Source: an uncultured Alphaproteobacteria bacterium
Lineage (GTDB): Bacteria > Pseudomonadota > Alphaproteobacteria > Rhizobiales > Xanthobacteraceae
Length of the DNA stretch: 64,000 nt
Assembly (NCBI GenBank): GCA_963819265.1
Contig: CAWFVF010000003.1
Span: 15,881-79,880, forward strand
Direction of reading: 5' to 3'
Shown here: piece by piece, positions 8,780-18,304 of the stretch
How positions within the stretch are numbered: the first letter of the stretch is position 1
How the letters are laid out: every line of letters starts with the position of its first letter
Translations under genes and position numbers: made by a program
Notes under the pieces: model-generated
Databases searched by the model: none
What the model saw: only the letters and a program-made list of their open reading frames with translations
Told to the model about the DNA's origin: nothing

Positions 8780-10888
8780 TCAGATACTACCGACGGTTTT
8801 CAGCCGGACGCGGGGATGTATTTCCGACTGCGCCATGACGCTGGTCTGGGCGCGAAATCGCTCGACGATACCGCGCACGAAGGGCCGTATCCCCGACGAA
8901 GTCACCAGCACCGGGGCTTCGCCCTCGCGCGCGGCCTGCTCGAATTTCTCCCGGACCAGATTGATGAATTCGGTCAGTTTCGAGGGCTGCATCGCCAGAT
9001 TGCGGTCGTCGCCTTGGCCGACGATCGACTCGGCGAAAGCCTGTTCCCATTTGGCGGTGAGGGCGATGATCGGCAGCGTGCCCGCGGAGGTGACGTGCTG
9101 AGCACAGAGCTGACGGGCGAGGCGCGCGCGCACATGTTCGGCGAGCATCGCGGCACTGCGGGTGCCGGGAAGTCCGTCGGCGACGCCTTCGAGGATCGTC
9201 GACAGGTCGCGGATCGAAACCCGCTCCGCAAGCAGGATTTGCAGCACGCGCTGGATGCCGGAAATGGTGATCTGCGCCGGCACGATATCCTTGATCAACT
9301 CGCTCTGCTCCTTGGGCAATTCTTTGATCAGTTTCTGCACTTCGCCATAGGACAGAAGCTCCGACATATTGGCTTTGATCAGTTCGGTGAGATGCGTCGC
9401 GAGCACGGTCGGGGCATCGACGACGGTCAGCCCTTTGACGCCGGCTTCTTCCTTGAGCGCGCTGTCGATCCAGGTCGCCGGCAATCCAAAGGTTGGTTCG
9501 GTGGTGTGGACGCCGGGCAGGGTGACCTGACCGCCGGACGGATCCATGACCATGTATTGGCCGTGCCAGACCTTGCCGCTGCCGGCCTCGACCTCCTTGA
9601 TCTTGATCACATAAGTGTTGGCGTCGAGCTGCATGTTGTCGAGGATGCGCACGGCGGGCATGACGAAGCCCATTTCGACCGCCAGCGACCGTCGCAGCGC
9701 CTTGATCTGCTCGGTCAAGCGGTCGGAGCCGTCGGGGGCATTGACCAGCGGCAACAGCGCATAGCCGAGCTCGATCTTGAGATCGTCCATCTTCAGCGCC
9801 GCGGTGATCGGCTCTTCGACCGGCGCCGCCTTGTCGGTTTCGATCTTTTTGGTCTCCACGGCCGCCGCTTTTTTGGTGCGCCGGTTGATCATGTAAGCGA
9901 GGCTCGCCGCGCCGCCGCCGAGCGCGAGAAACGGCAACATCGGAATGCCGGGCAGCATCCCCATCAGCAGCATGACCGCGCCGGACATGCCGAGCGCCTT
10001 GGGATAACCGGAAAACTGACTGAGCAGCGCCTTGTCGGCGGCGCCGGAAATGCCCGCCTTGGAAACCAGCAAGCCCGCCGCGGTCGAGACGATCAAGGCC
10101 GGCACCTGCGTCACCAGGCCGTCGCCGACGGTGAGGAGCGTATAGGTACGGGCGGCCTCGGCGAAGCCCAGGCCTTCCTGCATGATGCCGATCACCATGC
10201 CGCCCATGACGTTGATCAGAACCACCAGCAGGCCGGCGATGGCGTCGCCGCGTACGAATTTCGAGGCGCCGTCCATGGCGCCGAAAAATCCGGATTCGTC
10301 CTCCAGGGTCTTGCGCCGCCGCCGCGCCTCTTTCTCGTCGATCAGGCCGGCGTTGAGGTCGGCGTCGATCGCCATCTGCTTGCCGGGCATGCCGTCGAGG
10401 TGGAAGCGGGCGGCCACTTCGGCGATGCGGCCGGAGCCTTTGGTGATGACGACGAAATTTACGATCACCAGGATCGTGAATACGATGATGCCGATGACGA
10501 AATTGCCGCCCATGACGAAGCGGCCGAACGCTTCGATGACGTGCCCGGCAGCCGCCGTGCCCTCGTGGCCGTGGGCGAGAATGAGCCGCGTCGAGGCAAG
10601 GTTGAGCGACAGCCGCAGCATGGTCGAAATCAGCAGCACGGTCGGGAACGCCGAGAACTCGAGCGGCGTCTGAATGAACAGGCTCGTCATCAGGATCAGA
10701 ATGGAGAAGGTGATCGAGATCGCCAGCGAGAAATCGAGAAAAAACGGCGGCAGCGGCATGATGAGGATGACAAGGATCGTCATCATGCCGAGCGCGAGCG
10801 CAATGTCGCTGCGCCGGAGCATCGTTGAAATGTCTGAGAGCCGCGATAGAGCGGTTTCGCCGCGCTCGGCCGATACGACGTCGGTCAT
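8780..10888 (-). CDS. flhA: Flagellar biosynthesis/export gate protein FlhA
   Basis: FIQTPLEFSAFPTVLLISTMLRLSLNLASTRLIL, ARFHLDGMPGKQMAIDADL, GAMDGASKFVRGDAIAG. Intact. Start chosen at MTDVVSAERG; the ORF extends to 10987. Confidence 0.93.
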   Translation of the reverse strand: MTDVVSAERGETALSRLSDISTMLRRSDIALALGMMTILVILIMPLPPFFLDFSLAISITFSILILMTSLFIQTPLEFSAFPTVLLISTMLRLSLNLASTRLILAHGHEGTAAAGHVIEAFGRFVMGGNFVIGIIVFTILVIVNFVVITKGSGRIAEVAARFHLDGMPGKQMAIDADLNAGLIDEKEARRRRKTLEDESGFFGAMDGASKFVRGDAIAGLLVVLINVMGGMVIGIMQEGLGFAEAARTYTLLTVGDGLVTQVPALIVSTAAGLLVSKAGISGAADKALLSQFSGYPKALGMSGAVMLLMGMLPGIPMLPFLALGGGAASLAYMINRRTKKAAAVETKKIETDKAAPVEEPITAALKMDDLKIELGYALLPLVNAPDGSDRLTEQIKALRRSLAVEMGFVMPAVRILDNMQLDANTYVIKIKEVEAGSGKVWHGQYMVMDPSGGQVTLPGVHTTEPTFGLPATWIDSALKEEAGVKGLTVVDAPTVLATHLTELIKANMSELLSYGEVQKLIKELPKEQSELIKDIVPAQITISGIQRVLQILLAERVSIRDLSTILEGVADGLPGTRSAAMLAEHVRARLARQLCAQHVTSAGTLPIIALTAKWEQAFAESIVGQGDDRNLAMQPSKLTEFINLVREKFEQAAREGEAPVLVTSSGIRPFVRGIVERFRAQTSVMAQSEIHPRVRLKTVGSI

Positions 10889-11052
10889 GCCGGATGATTT
10901 GCCACGTTTGCGGTCGCGTGATTCAAAACTATGCACCGCGGCTGGTGGGCCGCCGGCACGGAGAATAGGAGCCGCGCTCGAGTCCAAGGCCGCCCCCGGA
11001 AGTCAGGTGGGGTGGGAAGCGGTATGCCTCCCCGGCAAAATGTGCCGGGTAT

Positions 11053-11071
11053 ATGGTTACTAGGGAGTTAA
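11053..11071 (-). promoter_or_regulatory. CtrA-box-like site upstream of flhA
   Basis: Minus strand reads TTAA-CTCCCTA-GTAACCAT, i.e. TTAA-N7-GTAA overlapping a TAACCAT 8-mer-like element. Confidence 0.3.
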
Positions 11072-11128
11072 CGAATGGCGTTTAGATACCGTAACGGGCT
11101 TTAAGCCGGTGAGAGCAGCGAGGGACGA

Positions 11129-11557
11129 ATGCTTGTTTTGTTTCGTACGGCGGTGATCATTGTCGCTGGACTTGCAGCCACGGCAGCGCATGCCGACGGC
11201 ATCGAGGCCGGTCTGTGGAATGTCATCACGCAGACCACCGGCGACATCGGACCGCCGCATCAGTCCACCAAATGCCTGACCGGGGAGCAGACCCAGGACC
11301 TGGCGACCACGTTTTCGCCGGTCGCCACCACTATCAACTCGGAATGCGCGCCGATGGAGCGCAGTCTGGTGGGCACGCGGCTGACCTGGCATCTCGTCTG
11401 CAAGGGCCAACTCGATATGGAACTGACCGGCGAATTCAATTTCGACACGCCGCGCCATTACACCGGAAAAGTACGGACGCTCGCGACGATGACCGGCATG
11501 CCGCCGATGGATCAGCAGAATACGCTGGAAGGGCAATGGGTCTCGGCGTGCAAATAA
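11129..11557 (+). CDS. DUF3617-like secreted protein
   Basis: Signal peptide (AATAAHA-DG), then GLWNVITQT..KCLT..C..C..GQWVSACK pattern typical of DUF3617. Confidence 0.65.
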   Translation: MLVLFRTAVIIVAGLAATAAHADGIEAGLWNVITQTTGDIGPPHQSTKCLTGEQTQDLATTFSPVATTINSECAPMERSLVGTRLTWHLVCKGQLDMELTGEFNFDTPRHYTGKVRTLATMTGMPPMDQQNTLEGQWVSACK

Positions 11558-11593
11558 TGGCGGCTTGTCTGCCGTTCATTACGGCGCGAGCAG

Positions 11594-11643
11594 GGATCAA
11601 AGCGGAATTGACAGCGTAATAGCGTAACACCTCGCTTTGATCC
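11594..11643 (+). other. 11-bp perfect inverted repeat with a 28-nt loop between the DUF3617 gene and the CDF gene. Either a terminator or a regulatory hairpin.
   Basis: GGATCAAAGCG (11594-11604) pairs with CGCTTTGATCC (11633-11643), followed by tattctgcattt. Confidence 0.35.
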
Positions 11644-11678
11644 TATTCTGCATTTGTTGTTCTAAACGAGGTGCCTTG

Positions 11679-12701
11679 GTGCATTCGCAGTTCGTCGACC
11701 CCTGGACGCAGAATCACACTTTTCTCGGCGAGCATCACGCCCGGCACGAGCGGCGCACCTGGACCGTCGTCGCGCTGACCGCGGTGATGATGGTGATCGA
11801 AATCGCCGGCGGCACCATGTTCGGCTCGATCGCGCTGGTTGCCGACGGCTGGCACATGGGCACCCATGTCACGGCGCTGGCGATCGCGGCGCTGGCTTAT
11901 CTGTTCGCCCGCCGCCACGCCGACGACGCCCGGTTCTCGCTCGGCACCGGGAAGTTCGGCGAGTTGGCGGCGTTCTCCAGCGCCATCATTCTCGGCATCA
12001 TCGCGCTCGATATCGCCTACGACTCGATCATGCGTCTCGGCCATCCGGTCGCGATCCATTTTCGCGAGGCAATTCCGATCGCGGTGCTCGGCCTGTTCGT
12101 CAATCTGGCGAGCGCCTGGCTGTTGCGCGATGAGCATCATCACGCCCATGAACATGCCCATGAACACGCCCATGAACCCGCCGATGGGCACGCGCATCAC
12201 GGGGCGCATGATCACGGCAGCGATCAGCACGATCACGCCTCCCCTGACCACAAGGCGCATGGCCGCAGTTCGCATGCTCACGACATCAATCTGCGCGCGG
12301 CCTATGTCCACGTGCTGGCCGATGCATTGATATCGATCATGGCGATTGGCGGGCTTTCGGCGGCCTGGGCGTTCGGCTGGAATTTCTTGGATCCGCTGGT
12401 GGGATTGATCGGCGCGCTGGTGATCGCGAGCTGGTCGCTGAGCCTGTTGCGCGCGGCCGGTTGCGTGTTGCTCGACACCGTGCCCGATCCGGACCTGGCG
12501 AGGCGCATCCGCTCGTTGATGGAGATCGATGGCGACCGGGTCTGCGATCTGCATCTCTGGCAGGTCGGACCCGGGCATCTGGCGGTGGTGGCTTCCGTGG
12601 TCTCCGCCGCGCCCCAGGCACCGGCAGTCTACAAGGCGCGCCTCGCTGGCCTTACCGGCCTATCGCACGTCACGGTCGAAGTGCATGCCTGTCCGCATTA
12701 G
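11679..12701 (+). CDS. Cation diffusion facilitator (CzcD/DmeF-like) divalent metal exporter with a long His-rich loop
   Basis: SIALVADGWHMGTH, AYVHVLADAL, His-rich HHHAHEHAHEHAHEPADGHAHHGAHDHGSDQHDHASPDHKAHGRSSHAHD. GTG start with GAGG SD. Confidence 0.88.
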   Translation: MHSQFVDPWTQNHTFLGEHHARHERRTWTVVALTAVMMVIEIAGGTMFGSIALVADGWHMGTHVTALAIAALAYLFARRHADDARFSLGTGKFGELAAFSSAIILGIIALDIAYDSIMRLGHPVAIHFREAIPIAVLGLFVNLASAWLLRDEHHHAHEHAHEHAHEPADGHAHHGAHDHGSDQHDHASPDHKAHGRSSHAHDINLRAAYVHVLADALISIMAIGGLSAAWAFGWNFLDPLVGLIGALVIASWSLSLLRAAGCVLLDTVPDPDLARRIRSLMEIDGDRVCDLHLWQVGPGHLAVVASVVSAAPQAPAVYKARLAGLTGLSHVTVEVHACPH

Positions 12702-13368
12702 GGGCTGTTTGCTCGCCGCGGCGCTGACGCTGATCGGCGCACACGCAGCCCTCGCCCAAGAACGCCCCGCCGGATTTGTCGATGCCGCGACTGTGGTGCC
12801 GGGGCTCGTCCTCGATATGCGTTACGCCGGTTCGCACAATTTTGTCGGACGGCCGATCGACGGCTACGAGGCGCCGCATTGCCTGCTGAGCCAGCAAGCC
12901 GCGGCCGCGCTCGCCGATGTGGCGCGCGATCTGGCGCCACGCGGCCTGGTGATCAAGGCATTCGATTGCTACCGGCCGGTGCGTGCCGTCGAGAATTTCA
13001 TGCGCTGGGCCCGCGATCTCGGCGATACCGCCGGCAAGGCCGAGTTCTATCCCGATGTCGATAAACGCACGCTGTTCCGTGACGGCTATATCGCCTCGCA
13101 TTCGGGCCATTCACGCGGCTCGACCATCGACATGACGCTGGCGCGAGCGGATGGGCACGAACTGGCGATGGGCACGCCATTTGATTTCTTCAGCCCGAAA
13201 TCCTGGACCGCCGATCCGACGATCGGCGCCGAGCAGCACGCCAATCGCATGGTGCTTGCGGCGGCGATGCACCGGCGCGGCTTTCGCGGCTACGACAAGG
13301 AGTGGTGGCATTTTACGCTCCGGGACGAACCGTTTCCGGAGACTTATTTCGATTTTCCGGTGCGATAG
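12685..13368 (+). CDS. Exported M15-family D-Ala-D-Ala dipeptidase (VanX/DdpX-like zinc peptidase)
   Basis: Signal peptide MPVRIRGCLLAAALTLIGAHAALA, SHSGHSRGSTIDMTL and DKEWWHFTL metal/catalytic motifs. Start overlaps the CDF gene by 17 nt. Confidence 0.85.
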   Translation: MPVRIRGCLLAAALTLIGAHAALAQERPAGFVDAATVVPGLVLDMRYAGSHNFVGRPIDGYEAPHCLLSQQAAAALADVARDLAPRGLVIKAFDCYRPVRAVENFMRWARDLGDTAGKAEFYPDVDKRTLFRDGYIASHSGHSRGSTIDMTLARADGHELAMGTPFDFFSPKSWTADPTIGAEQHANRMVLAAAMHRRGFRGYDKEWWHFTLRDEPFPETYFDFPVR

Positions 13369-13388
13369 CGGATCGTACCCGGCCAAAC

Positions 13389-14129
13389 TCAGACCAGCGC
13401 ATCTGCGACCAGATAAACTCCGATCAGCGCCAATCCCACGAAAAAGCAGCGTCGGAAGATTGCCGGCGAAAGGCGCAGGCGAAGCATCTGTCCGACTGCC
13501 ATGCCGGCGCCGGCCGCCGCCAGCGCCACCAAGGTCGGGCCGGCAACCGCGACGGCAAGCGCGCCTGCCATGAAAAGATTTACCGCGAGTGCAATCGTCG
13601 ATACCGTGAACGACAGGCCCAGGGCCTGAATGAATTCCTCCTTTTCCATCTCGACAGCTTCCAGATAAGGCACTGCCGGCACGACGAAGACGCCGGTCGC
13701 CGCGGTGACCAATCCCGTCACGACTCCGACGATGGGACCGAGCCATTTTTCGCGCGGCCGGGCGATCTTAGGTCGCGACGCCCGTGAAGCCGTGGCGGCA
13801 TAAGCGAGTAGGGCGGCGCCGAGCAGCAAATTGCTGGTGCGGGCGCTGATCGCAGTCATCAAGCCGGCGCCGGCCCAGGTGCCGAGACACAGCGTCGTCA
13901 GAAACGGCCAAAGCCGCAACACGCTCGACTTCAATGAAGGCCCGGCGACCATCTGCCAGACATTGGTAAGGAACGAAGGCAGCACCAAAATCGCCGCCGC
14001 CTGCAGCGGCGCCATCACGATGGCGAGCAATCCCATCGAGACGGTCGGCAGGCCGAGGCCGATGACGCCTTTTACCACGCCAGCGAGCGCAAATACGGCG
14101 GCGATAAAGAGGAGTTTTTCATTGAACAT
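13389..14129 (-). CDS. TauE/SafE (TSUP) family anion exporter
   Basis: Polytopic membrane protein MFNEKLLFIAAVFALAGVVKGVIGLGLPTV... Only the C-terminal 247 aa of the 482-aa ORF look real. Confidence 0.8.
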   Translation of the reverse strand: MFNEKLLFIAAVFALAGVVKGVIGLGLPTVSMGLLAIVMAPLQAAAILVLPSFLTNVWQMVAGPSLKSSVLRLWPFLTTLCLGTWAGAGLMTAISARTSNLLLGAALLAYAATASRASRPKIARPREKWLGPIVGVVTGLVTAATGVFVVPAVPYLEAVEMEKEEFIQALGLSFTVSTIALAVNLFMAGALAVAVAGPTLVALAAAGAGMAVGQMLRLRLSPAIFRRCFFVGLALIGVYLVADALV

Positions 14130-14248
14130 GAAATGAGCTTGCAACCGGGCCGCCGCATTCGCAATACGAAGCTTGCGTAGCGTGCCTTCGGCGCAGACAA
14201 AGGCCAGGCGAGGGCAGACTGCTCCGCCGCCTATCGCCGGTGGCGGCG

Positions 14249-14980
14249 TCAAAGCCCCAGATAAAATTTCTTGATCAGATCGTTGTTGTTGAGCTCGTCC
14301 GTCGAGCGGCCCTCGAAGGCGATCTTGCCATGGACGATGACATAGCCGCGGTCGGCGATGCGGATCGCCTGATTGAAATTCTGCTCGGCCATCAGCACGG
14401 TCAGCGAATAGCGCTGCTTCATTTCGTTGATGGCGTCGATGGTGCGGCTGACCAGGATCGGCGCCAGCCCGACGGAGGGTTCGTCGACCAGCAGGATCTT
14501 CGGCGCCAGCATCACCGCACGGCCGAGCGCCAGCATCTGCTGCTCGCCGCCGGACATGCTGCCGGCCAGCTGCTTGCGCCGCTCGGCGAGGCGCGGGAAA
14601 GTCTCGAAACAAACCGCGAGATTGCGTTCGAGTTCGCGGCGCGCGGTCGGGCGATAGGCGCCGAGCAGCAGGTTCTCCTCGACCGTCAGCAGCGGAAACA
14701 GCCGGCGGCCCTCGGGCACCAGCGCGATGCCGAGATCGACGATTTCCTCGGTGGTGCGGCCGACCAGGTCGTGGTGGACGCCGTCGATCTCGGCGACGAT
14801 CGAGCCTTCGCTCGGCCGCACCATGCCCATGATGCATTTCATGAGCGTCGACTTGCCGTTGCCGTTGGTGCCGAGCAGCACCACGGTCTCGCCGCCGTCG
14901 ACCGTGAGCGACACATCGTCGATCACGCGCACCGCGCCATAGGACGCGTGAATGCCCTTGATGCTGATGCTACTGGCCAA
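14249..14980 (-). CDS. livF: Branched-chain amino acid type ABC transporter ATPase (LivF-like)
   Basis: LLGTNGNGKST Walker A, MSGGEQQMLALGRA signature, ILLVDEPS Walker B. Confidence 0.88.
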   Translation of the reverse strand: MASSISIKGIHASYGAVRVIDDVSLTVDGGETVVLLGTNGNGKSTLMKCIMGMVRPSEGSIVAEIDGVHHDLVGRTTEEIVDLGIALVPEGRRLFPLLTVEENLLLGAYRPTARRELERNLAVCFETFPRLAERRKQLAGSMSGGEQQMLALGRAVMLAPKILLVDEPSVGLAPILVSRTIDAINEMKQRYSLTVLMAEQNFNQAIRIADRGYVIVHGKIAFEGRSTDELNNNDLIKKFYLGL

Positions 14981-15701
14981 GATACGCCCTCTCGACTTCG
15001 GGGTCGCGCATCACCGCGTCGGGCAAGCCGTCGGCGATTTTCTTGCCGGACACCAGAACCACGAGACGCCGCGAGAAACTCATCACCGCGCGCATGATGT
15101 GTTCGATCAGGATGATGGTGACGCCCTGTTCGTTCAGGCGAAGCAGCAGCGTCAAGATATCCTCGACCTCGGAATGCGTCAGTCCCGCCATCGCCTCGTC
15201 GGCGATCAGAAGCTTCGGCTCCGCCGCCATGGCGCGGGCGAGTTCGAGCTTGCGCATTTCGACCTGGGTGAGGTCGCGCGGCAACAGGCGCGCTTTCGCT
15301 TCGAGCCCGACCTCATTGAGCAGCGCGAAGCATTTGTCGTCGATCTCGTGCTTGCCGTGGAGCGCGCCGCGCGCGGCGACGGTATAGAGCAGCGGCACGC
15401 GGATATTGTCGGCGAGCGACAAGCTCAGAAACGGCCGCGGCAGCTGGAAGCTGCGCGACAGGCCGAGACGGGTGCGCTGGTGCGCTTCCAGCCCATCGAG
15501 CTTGCGGCCATCGAACCGCACGCTGCCTTGTTCGTTGCGCAGCGTGCCGCAGATGCAATTGACCAGCGTCGACTTGCCGGAGCCGTTCGGGCCGATCAGG
15601 CCGAGTCGTTCGCCCGGCGCGACCGACAAAGAAATATTGTCCAGCGCGACGAACCCGCCGAAACGCTTGCCGAGATTGTCGATCATCAGCAGATCCGTCA
15701 C
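14970..15701 (-). CDS. livG: Branched-chain amino acid type ABC transporter ATPase (LivG-like)
   Basis: LIGPNGSGKSTL, RKLELARAMAAEPKLLIADEAMAGL. Confidence 0.88.
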   Translation of the reverse strand: MTDLLMIDNLGKRFGGFVALDNISLSVAPGERLGLIGPNGSGKSTLVNCICGTLRNEQGSVRFDGRKLDGLEAHQRTRLGLSRSFQLPRPFLSLSLADNIRVPLLYTVAARGALHGKHEIDDKCFALLNEVGLEAKARLLPRDLTQVEMRKLELARAMAAEPKLLIADEAMAGLTHSEVEDILTLLLRLNEQGVTIILIEHIMRAVMSFSRRLVVLVSGKKIADGLPDAVMRDPEVERAYLGQ

Positions 15702-16693
15702 GGCACGGTCTCCGGCGACTCGGTTTTGACCGGGCGGCGGCCGACGAAGTCGTCGGGCTTGCGCTGAAAATATTTGTGATAGAGCCCGACAATGCCGTTC
15801 GGCGCGACGATGACGAAGCCGACCAGGAGGCAGCCGACGATCAGCAAATTGACCGCCGACGAAATGGTGACGGTGGCAATCTGTTGCAGCGAGCCGAGCA
15901 GGACGGCGCCGATCAGCGGGCCGACCCAGCTGGTCGTGCCGCCGATCAGCGGCATGGCGATCGAATTGACGGCGTAGTCGAGCCCGAAGGTCGACGACGG
16001 CTGCAGGTAGCCGATGTAGTACGGGAACGGCGCACCGGCCATGCCCATCAAGGCGCCGGAGATGGTGGTGGCGACGAGCTTCAACCGCAGCGTCGGCACG
16101 CCGGACGCTTCCGCCGCCAGTTCGTCGTCACGGATGGTGGCGAAGCCGTAGCCGAGCCGCGACCGCTCGATCAGCCGCGCCACGGTGATCGATCCGACCG
16201 CGAGCAGCATCATGATCAGGAACAGATAGCGGATGTAATTGCCGATCGGCCAGATTTCCTCCGGCCGCACGATATAGGCGCCCCGCGAACCGCCGACATA
16301 ATCCCAGTTGACGACCAGTGTTTGCAGCACGACGGCGAGCGCCAGGGTCGCGATGGCGAAGAACGCGCCGCGCAGCCGCAAGGTCAGATAACCCATGCCG
16401 AAGCCGACGATGCCCGATACTGCACCGCCGAACACGATCAGGATCGGAATCGGCAACGGGTGGAATTTGTAGATTGCGACCGAAGAATAGGCGCCCAGCG
16501 CGAAAAACGCGGCGGAGCCGAAATTCACGTAGCCGCAATAGCCGCCGAGGATATTCCACGCGGTCGACAGCACGACATATTGCATCACCACATAGCCGGC
16601 GAAGAACACGTAATCGTTGCCGAGTGCGGCCGAGCCCGCAAATACCGCGGCGGCAACGACGAGCCAGATAACGAGGAAGACCGGCGTGCGCAC
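15698..16693 (-). CDS. livM: ABC transporter permease (LivM-like)
   Basis: 331-aa polytopic permease overlapping livG by 4 nt. Confidence 0.85.
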   Translation of the reverse strand: MRTPVFLVIWLVVAAAVFAGSAALGNDYVFFAGYVVMQYVVLSTAWNILGGYCGYVNFGSAAFFALGAYSSVAIYKFHPLPIPILIVFGGAVSGIVGFGMGYLTLRLRGAFFAIATLALAVVLQTLVVNWDYVGGSRGAYIVRPEEIWPIGNYIRYLFLIMMLLAVGSITVARLIERSRLGYGFATIRDDELAAEASGVPTLRLKLVATTISGALMGMAGAPFPYYIGYLQPSSTFGLDYAVNSIAMPLIGGTTSWVGPLIGAVLLGSLQQIATVTISSAVNLLIVGCLLVGFVIVAPNGIVGLYHKYFQRKPDDFVGRRPVKTESPETVP

Positions 16694-16696
16694 GAG

Positions 16697-17572
16697 TTAC
16701 CGTCCCATCAGGCCCGCCGGCCGTACCGCCAGCGTCAGAAGGAGGAAGCCGAAGGATACGGCGGGCGCCCAGGACGGGCCGTAGAATGTCGAGGTGAGGC
16801 TTTCGACGATGCCGAGCAGCATGGCCGCGATCACGGTCCCCGGCAGGCTGCCCATGCCGCCCAACACGCAGATGGCGAATACCCGGCCGATATATTCGCG
16901 CCCCACCGACGGCTCGACCGGCTGAATGATGATGAGAAAAGCGCCGGCGAGCGACGCGGTCGCGATCGAAATGCCGAAGGCGATGCGTTTGATGCGTACC
17001 GGATCGATCGCCATCAGCCGCAGCGCCAACTGATCCTGCGCGACCGCCATGATCGCCCGGCCGATAAAGCTGCGCGTCAAGATGAGCTGCAGGATCGCAA
17101 TGAGCAGCAGCGACACCACGCAGGGCACCAGGATGCGGAACGGGATGTCGAGCATGGCGAAGTGCCAGGCCGGGCCGATATAGGGAGCCTCGACGTAGCG
17201 GTAATCGACGCCGAAATAGAGCACCAGCGAGACTTCGGTGATGAACAGCAGGCCGAAGAAGAAGGCCAGCCCGCGCAGCGATTCCTGGTTACGTTTCTCG
17301 AACGAGACGTAATAGACCTGATAGATCGCCGCGCCGAGCACGTAGAACAGCGGCGTTGCCAGGATCGCGGTGAGGATCGGATCGAGGCCGAGGCTCACAT
17401 TGATCGTATAGGCGATGTAGGAGCCGAGAATGATGAAGGCCGGATGCGCGATATTGACGATGTCGAGAATGCCGAACGAAATCGACACGCCGCATGTCAC
17501 CGCTGCGTAAAAGCCGCCGATCAAAATGCCGGATACGATGGCGTTGATGAGAAGATCGACCGAAAAGATCAT
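16697..17572 (-). CDS. livH: ABC transporter permease (LivH-like)
   Basis: 291-aa polytopic permease, first gene of the livHMGF-type operon. Confidence 0.85.
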   Translation of the reverse strand: MIFSVDLLINAIVSGILIGGFYAAVTCGVSISFGILDIVNIAHPAFIILGSYIAYTINVSLGLDPILTAILATPLFYVLGAAIYQVYYVSFEKRNQESLRGLAFFFGLLFITEVSLVLYFGVDYRYVEAPYIGPAWHFAMLDIPFRILVPCVVSLLLIAILQLILTRSFIGRAIMAVAQDQLALRLMAIDPVRIKRIAFGISIATASLAGAFLIIIQPVEPSVGREYIGRVFAICVLGGMGSLPGTVIAAMLLGIVESLTSTFYGPSWAPAVSFGFLLLTLAVRPAGLMGR

Positions 17573-17777
17573 TCCTTGGTCCTGCGTAACGCTGCAGGAA
17601 CTCTCCCCTCTTTGACGACACCGCTTTTGTTTTCATTATCCGCCGGGGCGAAACCCGCCAAGACGGATGGTGCGGTGGCTATTGTGGCTGACGCTTCCCC
17701 AAGCGCCAAGAAACATTAAAGATCATTACATGCCCGGCTTTCGCCGGGCATGACAGCAAGAAAGCAGCCGCCGGACA

Positions 17778-18221
17778 CTAAGCCGCGGCGCGGACCCGGT
17801 CCGGAATCGCGAGCGGCTTGTTGGCGCTGTCAAGGAACTCGATGGTCATGAACACCATCTCCTTGTCGCCGAGATTTTCGAGGTCGTGGACCTTGAACTC
17901 GCCCGGACCGTAGGTCTCGTGGCGGGTCTCGCCGGGCTGGTAGGTGTATTCGACCGTGGTGCCGTCATGGATATGCTGACGGCCGCGGCCGCCCGACACC
18001 GAGGTCCAGAAATAATCGAGCACATGGCGGTGGAAGCCGATCCGCTCGCCCGGCGCCAGGCGGATGATCCAGACCCGCACCCGCTCGCTTTCGGAGACCA
18101 GCGTGCTGCCGACGCAGCCGTTATTGTTGTGCCGCTCGCGCTCGAACTCGGCCGCGATCGCCGCCGGCCAGGCAGATTTCTCGCTACTGTCGGACGACTT
18201 GTCCAGCATGGTCAGAGCCAT
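17778..18221 (-). CDS. Cupin domain protein
   Basis: 147 aa, GERIGFHRH..WTSVSGG..H cupin motifs. GC-rich hairpin (CATGCCCGGC gaaa GCCGGGCATG) downstream. Confidence 0.7.
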   Translation of the reverse strand: MALTMLDKSSDSSEKSAWPAAIAAEFERERHNNNGCVGSTLVSESERVRVWIIRLAPGERIGFHRHVLDYFWTSVSGGRGRQHIHDGTTVEYTYQPGETRHETYGPGEFKVHDLENLGDKEMVFMTIEFLDSANKPLAIPDRVRAAA

Positions 18222-18304
18222 AGCGTTCCTCCACGATTTCTTGGCACACTATAGAAAACCTTTCCGAATTAGGAAATAGCGTAGGGAAACGTCGGGATGC
18301 TCGG

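Noticed and set aside
8768-10828. 686-aa plus-strand ORF opposite flhA
   Set aside because: Arg/Gly/Asp/His-rich, low-complexity translation with no recognisable domain. It is a shadow ORF typical of high-GC DNA, while the opposite strand encodes a perfect FlhA. The same reasoning applies to 15776-17719(+), 22948-24798(+), 46222-48216(+), 6739-8073(-), 957-1664(-) and 2265-3245(-).
11594-11643. NiCo (czcD-type) riboswitch upstream of the CDF exporter
   Set aside because: The structure is a single 11-bp stem with a 28-nt loop, not the four-way junction of the czcD motif. That riboswitch class is not known from alphaproteobacteria.
13389-14837. 482-aa ORF suggesting a large TauE fusion protein
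   Set aside because: The N-terminal 235 aa are an Arg/Pro-rich out-of-frame reading across the livF region. Only the part from MFNEKLLF (14129) downstream is a credible membrane protein.
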